Origin: Lentisphaeria bacterium
Lineage (GTDB): Bacteria; Verrucomicrobiota; Lentisphaeria; JABSQK01; JAWLHB01
DNA: 64,000 bases
Direction of reading: 5' to 3'
Assembly (NCBI GenBank): GCA_041690595.1
Contig: JAWLHB010000013.1
Coordinates: 1-64,000 of the forward strand
Both the position numbers and the translations under genes were made by a program. Position 1 is the first letter of the stretch. Every line of letters begins with the position of its first letter. The notes beneath the pieces were generated by a model that worked only from the letters and a program-made list of their open reading frames with translations, made no database searches and had not been told where the DNA came from. Positions 39,088 to 48,096 of the stretch are shown piece after piece.

Positions 39088-41872
39088 GTTTCGCTATGTC
39101 GAATTGATGAACTGGGCCTACTGGCCCACCATGCGCGTCCCCCTCGATCAGCGCACCATCATGATCACCGGCCCCAACGGCAGCGGCAAGACCACCTTCC
39201 TCGATGCCCTGCGCACCCTGCTGAGGGCACCCCGCATGAGCGCGGGCCGCCGCTTCACCGAATACCTGATCGGCCGCGTCGATACCGCCGTCATCAAGGC
39301 CGTGGTTACCAACGACCTCCATCAGCGTGAAGCGCGCCCCTTCGAGTTCAAAGGCTTCATGAACGACCAGGTCACCCTGGCCGTGGTCCTCAAGCGCCGC
39401 GGCGGCCGCTGGGAGCGCCGCTTCACCATCCAGGAAGGCGATGTCTCCCTGCAGAATATCCGCGAACTCAAGAGCAACGAATTTCTTGGTCCCGAGACCT
39501 ACACCCGCGAGATCCAGAAGGCCGGCTTCTCGGAAGCGTTTCTCAAGGTGCTCGCCCTCGAACAGGGCCAGACCGACAAGCTCTGCGAAAAGTCCCCCCG
39601 CGAACTCCTCGACCTCCTCCTCGACGTCCACGGCGACAAGATGATCATCGAACGCTACCGCCAGGCGCGCGAGAATTATCAGACAGCCAATCTTGAGGTC
39701 ACCCAGTTGGCTGGCCGCCTCGCTGAAGAACAGGCCAAGCTCCTTTCCTCCCAACGCGCCGCCGAACAGTACGAGCGTTATCAACAGCTCATGGGCGAGA
39801 AGGCCAACTACGAGAATGTCCTCATTCCTCAGGCCGAGTACAACCAGGCGCTGCGTGAGATCCAGGAAAGCGAACTCGCCATCAACGACCTCAATGTCCG
39901 CCTCGGCCCCCTCGACCGCGAGATCATCGACGTCGAGATGCAGCTCAACAACGTGGAATCCGAGCTTGCCCGCCGCAAGCAGGCCGTCATCGAGACGCGC
40001 GCCAAGAAGGAGACCCTCGACAAGGAAGAACGCAAGCTAGACATCGATCTCAACGGCCTCCTCAAGGAGCGCCGCCAGCTCGACGAGCTCCTCGACGCCG
40101 TCGAAGATGCCAAGAGCGAACCGCTCCCCCCCCTGCGAAAAAGCTTTGACGAGGCGCGCCACGAGGTCGTTCGTTTCCAGCTGCAGCAGGAGCAGGAGCG
40201 CGATCGACTTCGTCAGCTGCGAGGCGAGCTCGAAGGGCTCGACTGGGAGAAGCACAAGATCTATCCCCGCTTCGTCAACGAGTTCAACCAGGTTCTGGCG
40301 GAGAACTCCATCAACTTCGTCCTGCTCTGCGACCTCATCGAGATCACCGACCAGCAGTGGCAGCTCGCCATCGAGTCCATCCTCGGCCGCGACCGCTTCA
40401 CCATCCTGGTGAGCAAGGCCGATCAGCGCCGCACCCGCGAGCTGGCGGAGCGCAACCGCTACCGCTGCTACGTCGTCGAGCGTGAGACCAGTGGCCGGCG
40501 GCCACGCAAGCGCGAGCAGAACTGCGCCCTCGACTTCGTCCAGTTGCTGGAGGAAGGCGTCCCCTACTGGGTACTGGAGACCCTGTCGCGCACCATCCTC
40601 GTCGACACCGTGCAGGACGGCTTGAAGCTGGGCAGCGATTTCACCAGTGTCACCCGCCAGGGCTATCGTCAGGATAACCGCGGCGGCATCTCCATCGCCA
40701 CCGAGCAGTTCTACTGCGGCAGCCTGGGGCAGACCGCCCAGCAGAGCGATCTCCGCGACGCCATCGGCCGCGTCCAGAGCAACCTCGCCACCATCGATAA
40801 ACAGCTCGCCGACGCCAGCCGGCGCGAGCAGGATTTCCAGCGTCGCATCCTCATCCAGGAAAACCTCGGCCGCGCCAGCGAAGCCCGCAATCGCCGCCAG
40901 CAGATGGACGACCAGATTGCCGATCTCAACCAGAAGCACCATCAGGCCCTCGACTTCTGCCGCCTTGCCGAACGCCGCCTCTTCGATGCCGTCGACGAAC
41001 TCAACAACTTCGAACGCGATACCCGCGATCAACGTCAGTTCCTCCATGAAAAGCGCGACGACCAAAGCGAGTATCTTGACGAGATCAAGGATTTCCAGCG
41101 CCGCCTGACCCACCTCAAGGATCAGCAGCAGACCATTTCCGCCAAGCTCAGCCCTGATCTCCTCACGGAAAGCGCCCTGCGGAAGGTTGCCAGTCTCGAC
41201 GAGCTGACACCCCGCTATTACGCCGTGCAGAACATGCTGGAGCAGTTTACCGAAGAGCCCGAAGCCTCCGCCGTCGAGGTCTACGAGCATCACAAGAGCC
41301 AGTACGAACGGCAGCGGAAGATCTACCGCGAACACGAAGCCGGCCTGCGCAATTGGGAAACGGAGTTCAAACTGGCCAAGGAGAAGTACCTGGTCGTCGT
41401 CGAGCACACCATTCGCGAGTATCGCAAGAATGTGCTGGCACTCTCGGAGCTGGCCGGCGTCAGCGCCGACGTCGTCCTGCCCAACCTCCGCGGCGAAGAC
41501 GACAGCCTCGACAATGCCGAACTCAATGTGCGCATCGGCTATGACGGCAAACGGGCCACCTCGATCGGCGGCGCGGGCCACTCCGGCGGGCAACGCGTCG
41601 TCTCCAGCCTCATCCTCCTGATGTCCCTAGCCACCTCCGGCGGCATCAGCCGCGGCGGCTTCTTCATCATCGACGAGCCCTTTGCCCACCTCAGCCTCGA
41701 ACGCATCGACGACGTCACCCGCTTCCTCGACAAGACCCAGTGTCAGTTCATCCTGACCTCACCGACGACCCACAACGTCAACGTCTTCAATGCGGCGCGG
41801 CTGCAGCTCAACTTCCGCATCAAGCTGCCCAACGCCAAGACCGCCGCAATCCCGACGATCATCCGCCGTTGA
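39080..41872 (+). CDS. SMC-family ATPase (MksB/JetC-like), ~930 aa
   Basis: VELMNW, Walker A GPNGSGKTT, Q-loop LEQGQ, two long coiled coils around a hinge-like LCDLIEI...WQLAIESILG, signature HSGGQR, Walker B FFIIDEPF. Confidence 0.9.
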   Translation: MFEFRYVELMNWAYWPTMRVPLDQRTIMITGPNGSGKTTFLDALRTLLRAPRMSAGRRFTEYLIGRVDTAVIKAVVTNDLHQREARPFEFKGFMNDQVTLAVVLKRRGGRWERRFTIQEGDVSLQNIRELKSNEFLGPETYTREIQKAGFSEAFLKVLALEQGQTDKLCEKSPRELLDLLLDVHGDKMIIERYRQARENYQTANLEVTQLAGRLAEEQAKLLSSQRAAEQYERYQQLMGEKANYENVLIPQAEYNQALREIQESELAINDLNVRLGPLDREIIDVEMQLNNVESELARRKQAVIETRAKKETLDKEERKLDIDLNGLLKERRQLDELLDAVEDAKSEPLPPLRKSFDEARHEVVRFQLQQEQERDRLRQLRGELEGLDWEKHKIYPRFVNEFNQVLAENSINFVLLCDLIEITDQQWQLAIESILGRDRFTILVSKADQRRTRELAERNRYRCYVVERETSGRRPRKREQNCALDFVQLLEEGVPYWVLETLSRTILVDTVQDGLKLGSDFTSVTRQGYRQDNRGGISIATEQFYCGSLGQTAQQSDLRDAIGRVQSNLATIDKQLADASRREQDFQRRILIQENLGRASEARNRRQQMDDQIADLNQKHHQALDFCRLAERRLFDAVDELNNFERDTRDQRQFLHEKRDDQSEYLDEIKDFQRRLTHLKDQQQTISAKLSPDLLTESALRKVASLDELTPRYYAVQNMLEQFTEEPEASAVEVYEHHKSQYERQRKIYREHEAGLRNWETEFKLAKEKYLVVVEHTIREYRKNVLALSELAGVSADVVLPNLRGEDDSLDNAELNVRIGYDGKRATSIGGAGHSGGQRVVSSLILLMSLATSGGISRGGFFIIDEPFAHLSLERIDDVTRFLDKTQCQFILTSPTTHNVNVFNAARLQLNFRIKLPNAKTAAIPTIIRR

Positions 41873-42620
41873 GGCGACCGCGCTGGATCCCGACCACGAT
41901 CACCGAGACATTATCGACGGCGCCGCGCTTCTTCGTCTCGATGATCAGCCGGTTGGCGATCGCCTGCACCGTATCTTGCGGAAACGCCGCCAGATGGTCC
42001 GCGATCTCCGCGTCGCTCAAGTGCTTGTTCAGACCGTCCGAGCAAAGCAGCAGCACGTCGCCAGATTTGATCTTGAGTTCACGCGAATCGACATCGAGGC
42101 TCTCCCCCAAACCGACCGCGCGGGTCACCATCCCTTCGATGAACTTGGGGACGACCTCGTTGTCGCCAAGCCCCATCTCGGTAGCCATCGAGTGGTCCAC
42201 CGTCAGCCGCTGCAGCTTCTTTCGGCGCATGAGATAGGCGCGACTGTCCCCCGCGTGAAGCACGCAGGCATGCCGTCTCCCCGGCGGAATAACCACGGCA
42301 ACCACCGTCGATCCCATGCCCGCCACGCGTCGCTCGACGGCGCGCACAAAGATGCGGCGGTTCGCTTCGTGGATCGCCCCCAGCACCTCCCGCGCGATGG
42401 CTTCGGGGCTGAAGTCCCGTTCCACCCTGTCCGAGATCGTGCTGATGATCGTCTGGCTGGCTTCCTTTCCGCCATGAGCGCCACCCATGCCGTCGGCGAC
42501 ACAAAAGACACCTTTCTGGCTCAAACTGATGACGGCATCTTCGTTGCGCTCGCGCTTGTGCCCCACATCCGTTACCGCCACTCCCGTCACCGTCAACGCT
42601 CTGTCCAAAGAGAATATCAT
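41859..42620 (-). CDS. PP2C/PrpC-family Ser/Thr protein phosphatase
   Basis: TDVGHKRERNED, VADGMGG, GMGST, HAGDSRAY, LCSDGL, GAVDNVS; start 42620 or 42644. Confidence 0.93.
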   Translation of the reverse strand: MIFSLDRALTVTGVAVTDVGHKRERNEDAVISLSQKGVFCVADGMGGAHGGKEASQTIISTISDRVERDFSPEAIAREVLGAIHEANRRIFVRAVERRVAGMGSTVVAVVIPPGRRHACVLHAGDSRAYLMRRKKLQRLTVDHSMATEMGLGDNEVVPKFIEGMVTRAVGLGESLDVDSRELKIKSGDVLLLCSDGLNKHLSDAEIADHLAAFPQDTVQAIANRLIIETKKRGAVDNVSVIVVGIQRGRLNGG

Positions 42621-42857
42621 GCCCTGCTCCTGCACCGTACCCATGCTGCTGAAAAACGATCTGCACCAATTTACCTCCCCACACGCGAAAGTCACGCCGA
42701 AATGACGGCTGAAGAACAGAACAAGAGGAGCAAAAGCATGCATGGATCTTGCTTACCTCGTTGCTTTTCGTTATAGTAGGTGGCTGTTCGGGGAAAGCTG
42801 AAACCCTTTCGCCCCCTGTCCATCGTCCTTCAATCAAAGACCAAGCGGAGAATGTTG

Positions 42858-43019
42858 ATGAACCTATATGTATGTGGCGTGTGTGGATATGTTTACGACC
42901 CGGAAATCGGTGATCCCGATGAGGAAATCGACGCGGGTACGGCTTTCAGCAAGTTGCCGGAAGATTGGGTCTGCCCGGACTGCGGCGCCGAAAAAGATGA
43001 GTTCGAGCCCCAGGAATAA
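42858..43019 (+). CDS. Rubredoxin
   Basis: [15 protein letters not shown]...[15 protein letters not shown]. Confidence 0.96.
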   Translation: MNLYVCGVCGYVYDPEIGDPDEEIDAGTAFSKLPEDWVCPDCGAEKDEFEPQE

Positions 43020-43024
43020 GTGGT

Positions 43025-43240
43025 TTGCACTACGACGACATAGTCTGCTTCTGTTTCTGTGTCACGGAAAGCGAGATACGGAAAGCGATCAGAACCCATC
43101 AGCTGCGTACGGTGGAGGAAATCAGCAAGCACACCTATGCATGCATGGGCTGCAGGACATGTCGTCCGGAGTTGGAAGCTATTCTGGCGCAAGAGGTTTC
43201 AGGCGATGCCGGGAGCTTCACTCCCGGCTTGCCCACTTGA
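43025..43240 (+). CDS. BFD-like (2Fe-2S)-binding protein
   Basis: IVCFCFCVTESEIRKAI...TVEEI...ACMGCRTC; TTG start 5 bp after rubredoxin. Confidence 0.8.
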   Translation: MHYDDIVCFCFCVTESEIRKAIRTHQLRTVEEISKHTYACMGCRTCRPELEAILAQEVSGDAGSFTPGLPT

Positions 43241-43269
43241 TTCTCCACCCTTAGCCGCAAGGCCTCTGC

Positions 43270-44706
43270 ATGCCCTCCTATCCCTACCTGAAACAGGCCT
43301 GCAACATCATCATCGTCGGGGCCTCGGGAGACCTCACTCAGCGCAAACTGATCCCCGCCCTCTTTTCCCTCTTCTGCAACGGCCTCCTGCCGGAAGACTG
43401 CCGCATCTTCGGCTTTGCCCGCACGCAACTGACCGATGAGGAGTTTCGCGCCAAAGTCGTCGAGAACCTGACCTGCCGGTATGTGCCGGAAGGAAGCGAG
43501 TGCGACCAGCAGATGGAGGCCTTTCTCGGCCGCTGCTACTACCATACCGGCGCTTACGCCAACACCGACTCCATGCGCGGTCTCGCGCAGCACATCGAGC
43601 GCAAGCATCCCGGTCCGGCCAACAACCTCTTCTACATGGCCATTCCGCCCTCCATCTTCGTCGATACCGCCAACAGCATCGCCGAGTCCGGCTTCAATTC
43701 TCCCGCCGATGACCAGCATTGGTCCCGCGTCGTCCTCGAGAAACCCTTTGGCCGCGATACCGACTCATCCGCCGAGCTGCTGCAAGCCATCGGCCGCATC
43801 TTCACCGAGGATCAGACGTACCGCATCGATCACTACCTCGCCAAGGAAGTGATCCAGAACCTCATGTGCCTGCGCTTCGCCAACCTGATCTTCGAGCCGA
43901 TCTGGAACCACCACCATATCCGCTCCGTCTCCATCGCCTGGAGCGAAGAGATCGGCGTGGAGGGACGCGCCGGCTACTTCGACCACTATGGCATCATCCG
44001 CGACGTCATGCAGAATCACCTGCTGCAGATCATGGCCCTGATCGGCATGGAGCAGCCCATCCACCTTTCCGCGGAAGAAATCCGGGATGAAAAGGTGAAA
44101 CTCCTGCGGGCGGTGCCCCCGGTCGAGTTGAAGGATCTGATCGTCGGCCAGTACACCGCCTCGGGGGGGCAGCCCGGTTACCATGATGATGAAGAGGTGC
44201 CGAAGGATTCTCTCACCCCCACCTACGCCAAGGCAACCCTCCACGTCACCAATCCCCGCTGGTACGGCGTCCCCTTCACCCTCTCCTGCGGCAAAGCACT
44301 CACCACCAGCCGCACCGAAATCCTGATCGACTTCAAGTCGGTCCCCTACTCCATCTTCGCCCAACGCAACCAGTTGACCGCCAACCAGTTGCTGATTCGC
44401 GTCCAGCCGGACGAGGCCATCGAGCTGCGCATCATGAACAAGGTTCCAGGCCTCGCCTTCGACTTGGAGAACGCCACCCTCGACCTGCTCTACAAGTCGG
44501 CATTCTCCCAGATCGTCCCCGAAGCCTACGAGCGGTTGCTGCTCGACGTGATGCGGGGGGACCGCAGCTTATTCTTGCGCGACGATGAGCTGGTGGCAGC
44601 CTGGAAGATCGTCACACCGGCCATGCAGCAGCTCGAAGAGCAGAAAATCCGTCCCCTACCCTACCCGTTTGGAAGCGCCGGCCCGATGCCTGCTTCCAAC
44701 GCCTGA
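43270..44706 (+). CDS. zwf: Glucose-6-phosphate 1-dehydrogenase
   Basis: GASGDL, EKPFG, YRIDHYLAKE, RDVMQNHL, EAYERLL. Confidence 0.97.
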   Translation: MPSYPYLKQACNIIIVGASGDLTQRKLIPALFSLFCNGLLPEDCRIFGFARTQLTDEEFRAKVVENLTCRYVPEGSECDQQMEAFLGRCYYHTGAYANTDSMRGLAQHIERKHPGPANNLFYMAIPPSIFVDTANSIAESGFNSPADDQHWSRVVLEKPFGRDTDSSAELLQAIGRIFTEDQTYRIDHYLAKEVIQNLMCLRFANLIFEPIWNHHHIRSVSIAWSEEIGVEGRAGYFDHYGIIRDVMQNHLLQIMALIGMEQPIHLSAEEIRDEKVKLLRAVPPVELKDLIVGQYTASGGQPGYHDDEEVPKDSLTPTYAKATLHVTNPRWYGVPFTLSCGKALTTSRTEILIDFKSVPYSIFAQRNQLTANQLLIRVQPDEAIELRIMNKVPGLAFDLENATLDLLYKSAFSQIVPEAYERLLLDVMRGDRSLFLRDDELVAAWKIVTPAMQQLEEQKIRPLPYPFGSAGPMPASNA

Positions 44707-44718
44707 CCGAGGTTCCCC

Positions 44719-45399
44719 ATGTCCTTCAAGGTGATCCGCTATCCTGACCGCGAGGCGCTCAACAGCGCTGCCGCCGACCAGATTGTGCGCGTTGCCCAGC
44801 AATATCGCGACGAACCATCCGGCATCATGCTCTCCGGCGGCTCCACCCCTTTGGCGATCTTCGACCGGATCGCCCGCCAGCAGCCCCCACCCGCCGCCGA
44901 CTGCACCTGGCTGTTGTACACAGATGACCGCCTGGTCCCGGCAAGCTCCCCCGACAGTAACTATGGCAACTCGCGTCCCCTGATCAAAGCTCTCGACATT
45001 CCGCCCGCCCGCATTCTACGCGTGAATGGAGCGCTTCCTCTCGAAGCCGCGGCTGGCGATTACGAACGGCAGTTGCGGGAATTCTTCAACGCGGACGGCC
45101 AAGTCAGCCTCGGCCTGCTGGGTCTCGGGGCGGACGGGCATACCTGCTCGATCTTCACGGATGAAGCCGCGCGCGAACGCCGCCGCCTGGCTATCCCGGT
45201 AGCTGGGCGCGCCGGCTTCGACCGCGTCTCCGTAAGCCCCGCCATCCTCGCCCGTACCAGCAGCCTCATTTTCCTCGTTGCCGGTCAAGAGAAGGCACAA
45301 ATCCTGCGGCAGCTTCTTGCGAACCCAACTACCACTCCCGCGGGTATCGCGGTTGCGGATCATACGAATGTTCAGGTATGGACGGACCTCCCCGCCTGA
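44719..45399 (+). CDS. pgl: 6-phosphogluconolactonase
   Basis: LSGGSTP, DDRLVP...DSNY, LGLGADGHTCS; follows zwf. Confidence 0.88.
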   Translation: MSFKVIRYPDREALNSAAADQIVRVAQQYRDEPSGIMLSGGSTPLAIFDRIARQQPPPAADCTWLLYTDDRLVPASSPDSNYGNSRPLIKALDIPPARILRVNGALPLEAAAGDYERQLREFFNADGQVSLGLLGLGADGHTCSIFTDEAARERRRLAIPVAGRAGFDRVSVSPAILARTSSLIFLVAGQEKAQILRQLLANPTTTPAGIAVADHTNVQVWTDLPA

Positions 45400-45540
45400 T
45401 GCGTGGCTGACGCCCCCTCCCTTGTATCTGCCCCCGTTCTGAGTACCTTTAAATCTGCAAGCCGGGATTCCCCCCGTCCCCGATAGTCTCAACCGAACCG
45501 GCCTCAGACGCCAGTTCGTTCCACATAGGATCGACTGCAT

Positions 45541-48084
45541 GTGAATACCATCAATACAAAAGTAGCCCAAGTCCTGCAGCAGGCCGATCAGATTTCCGCG
45601 CGCAATGGGCTCGACGCACAGTCCATCAAGCGCGGCTTCGCCAATCATCTGAAGTACGATCTGGCCGAAGACCAGTATACCGCCGGCCCCATGGATCGCT
45701 TCCTTGCCTTGGCATGGTCCATACGCGACCGACTCATCAAGGGATGGGTCGACTCGCAGCAGACCCACCATCGCCACCGCGCCAAGCGCGTCTACTACCT
45801 CTCCCTCGAATTCCTCATGGGCCGCGCCATGATCAACAACCTGATCAATCTCGGCGTCGAGAAGCAGGCGCGTCAGGCCATGGAAGAACTCGACATCGAC
45901 TGGAGTGAGCTGGTCGAGCAGGAGACGGATGCCGGCCTCGGTAACGGCGGTCTCGGGCGCCTGGCTGCCTGCTTCATGGATTCTCTCGCCACCATGCAGA
46001 TCCCCGCCTTCGGATACGGCATTCGTTACGACTACGGCATCTTCCGCCAAGTCATCGAGAACGGTTATCAGCACGAGGAGCCGGACGACTGGTTGCGGGA
46101 CGGCAATCCCTGGGAAGTGCCGCGCCCCGACTATCGCATCCCCGTCCACTTCGGCGGCCGCGTCGAACGCTATCTGGAAAATGGCCGCCCCATGTTCCGC
46201 TGGGTCGAGACTCAGACCGTCGTCGGCACCCCCTACGACATGCCGATAGCCGGCTATCGCAGCGGCACCGTCAACACCCTTCGCCTCTGGGGAGCCCGCG
46301 GCACCGAGGAGTTCGACTTCGAAGACTTCAACCGCGGCGATTACATCGGGGCGGTGGAGCACAAGGTGACCGCCGAGAACCTGACCAAGGTCCTCTACCC
46401 CAACGACAACGTTTACGTCGGCAAGGAATTGCGCCTGCGCCAGCAGTACTTCTTTGTTGCCTGTTCCCTGTGGGACATCCTGCGCCGTTTCCAGCGCGAC
46501 AGCGAATCCTGGGACGAGCTGCCGAACAAGGTCGCCATTCAGCTCAACGACACCCATCCCGCGCTGGCCGTTCCGGAGCTGATGCGCCTCCTGATGGACG
46601 AGCACAAGCTGGAATGGGGCAAAGCGTGGGACCTGACTGTCCGCACCCTCGCCTATACCAACCATACCCTCCTGCCCGAAGCCCTCGAAACCTGGCCCGT
46701 CTCCATGATGGAACGGCTCCTGCCGCGACACCTGCAGATCATCTACGGCATCAATCATTACTTCCTCGATGACGTGGCGCGCCTCTATCCCGATGACTAC
46801 GATCGCCTCCGCCGCATGAGCCTGGTTGACGAACATGGCGAGAAACGCGTGCGCATGGCTCATCTGAGCATCGTCGGCACCCATTCCACTAACGGCGTGG
46901 CAAAGATCCACTCCGAGCTGTTGAAGAAGCGGCTGGTCCCCGATTTCGCTGAGATGTACCCCGATCGCTTCAACTCGAAGACGAACGGCGTCACCCCGCG
47001 CCGCTGGCTGCGTCACTGCAATCCCGCCCTCGCCGGTCTCATCACCGAGGTTATCGGCGAAGACTGGATCAGCGACTTGGGCCAGCTCAGCCGGCTCAAG
47101 GAGATGGCCGACGACTCCGCCTTCCGCGATCGCTTCCGCGAGGTCAAGCAGCACAACAAGCGACAGCTCGCCGGCTACTTCGCCCGCGAACTTGGCGTAC
47201 AGATCGACCCGAACAGCATGTTCGACGTCCAGATCAAGCGCATGCACGAGTACAAGCGCCAGTTGCTCAACGCCCTCCACATTGTCATGCTCTACAACCG
47301 GTTGCTGGAGAATCCCGACGCGGATGTCGTGCCGAGGACCTTCATCTTCGGCGGCAAGGCTGCCCCCGGCTACATCATGGCCAAGGTGATCATCAAGCTG
47401 ATCAACAACATCGCGGCCGTCGTCAATCGCGACCCCGTTTCCCGCGATAAGCTCAATGTGATCTTCGTGCCGAACTATCGCGTCTCCCTGGCCGAACGTC
47501 TCTTCCCCGCCTCCAACCTCTCGGAGCAGATCTCCACCGCGGGAATGGAAGCATCGGGCACCGGCAACATGAAGTTCATGATGAACGGCGCCCTCACCAT
47601 CGGCACCCTCGACGGCGCCAATATCGAGATGATGGACGAGGTCGGCCCCGAGAATATCTTCATCTTCGGTCTCTCCGCGGACGAGGTCGCCACCACCCGC
47701 GAGACCTACAATCCGCGCGAAGTCTACGAAGCGAATGACGAGATACGCAAGGCGCTGGATCTGATCTTCGACGGTCATTTCAACAAGCAGGAAAAGGGTA
47801 TCTTCGATCCGATCCGGCAATTGCTGATGTCCACCGATTACTACCTGCATCTGGCCGATCTGGCCGACTATGCCGCAACGCAGCAGCGGGTATCGCAGCT
47901 CTACAAGCAGACACAGGAATGGGACCGCAAGGCCATCCTGAACGTCGCCTGCTCCGGTCACTTCTCGTCGGATCGCACCATCGCGGAGTACGCCAGGGAA
48001 ATCTGGCACGCGGTTCCGGTGCGTGTGCGCGGCAGCCTCGACATGAGCGACACCATCGAACAGGCGCGCGCACCCCGCAGTTGA
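45541..48084 (+). CDS. glgP: Glycogen/starch/alpha-glucan phosphorylase
   Basis: GLGNGGLGRLAACF, IQLNDTHP, KRMHEYKRQ, EASGTGNMKF PLP site. Confidence 0.96.
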   Translation: MNTINTKVAQVLQQADQISARNGLDAQSIKRGFANHLKYDLAEDQYTAGPMDRFLALAWSIRDRLIKGWVDSQQTHHRHRAKRVYYLSLEFLMGRAMINNLINLGVEKQARQAMEELDIDWSELVEQETDAGLGNGGLGRLAACFMDSLATMQIPAFGYGIRYDYGIFRQVIENGYQHEEPDDWLRDGNPWEVPRPDYRIPVHFGGRVERYLENGRPMFRWVETQTVVGTPYDMPIAGYRSGTVNTLRLWGARGTEEFDFEDFNRGDYIGAVEHKVTAENLTKVLYPNDNVYVGKELRLRQQYFFVACSLWDILRRFQRDSESWDELPNKVAIQLNDTHPALAVPELMRLLMDEHKLEWGKAWDLTVRTLAYTNHTLLPEALETWPVSMMERLLPRHLQIIYGINHYFLDDVARLYPDDYDRLRRMSLVDEHGEKRVRMAHLSIVGTHSTNGVAKIHSELLKKRLVPDFAEMYPDRFNSKTNGVTPRRWLRHCNPALAGLITEVIGEDWISDLGQLSRLKEMADDSAFRDRFREVKQHNKRQLAGYFARELGVQIDPNSMFDVQIKRMHEYKRQLLNALHIVMLYNRLLENPDADVVPRTFIFGGKAAPGYIMAKVIIKLINNIAAVVNRDPVSRDKLNVIFVPNYRVSLAERLFPASNLSEQISTAGMEASGTGNMKFMMNGALTIGTLDGANIEMMDEVGPENIFIFGLSADEVATTRETYNPREVYEANDEIRKALDLIFDGHFNKQEKGIFDPIRQLLMSTDYYLHLADLADYAATQQRVSQLYKQTQEWDRKAILNVACSGHFSSDRTIAEYAREIWHAVPVRVRGSLDMSDTIEQARAPRS

Positions 48085-48096
48085 CCGGGAGCCACC

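Noticed and set aside
36963..41872. Complete Wadjet (jetABCD), SbcCD or canonical smc-scpAB call
   Set aside because: No Toprim JetD or SbcD phosphoesterase gene; no CxxC zinc hook; partner sizes and ATPase motifs do not match ScpA/ScpB/Smc.
44706..44715. GACCGAGGTT, reverse complement of the array core, between zwf and pgl
   Set aside because: Single copy that coincides with the GAGGT ribosome-binding site; probably chance.
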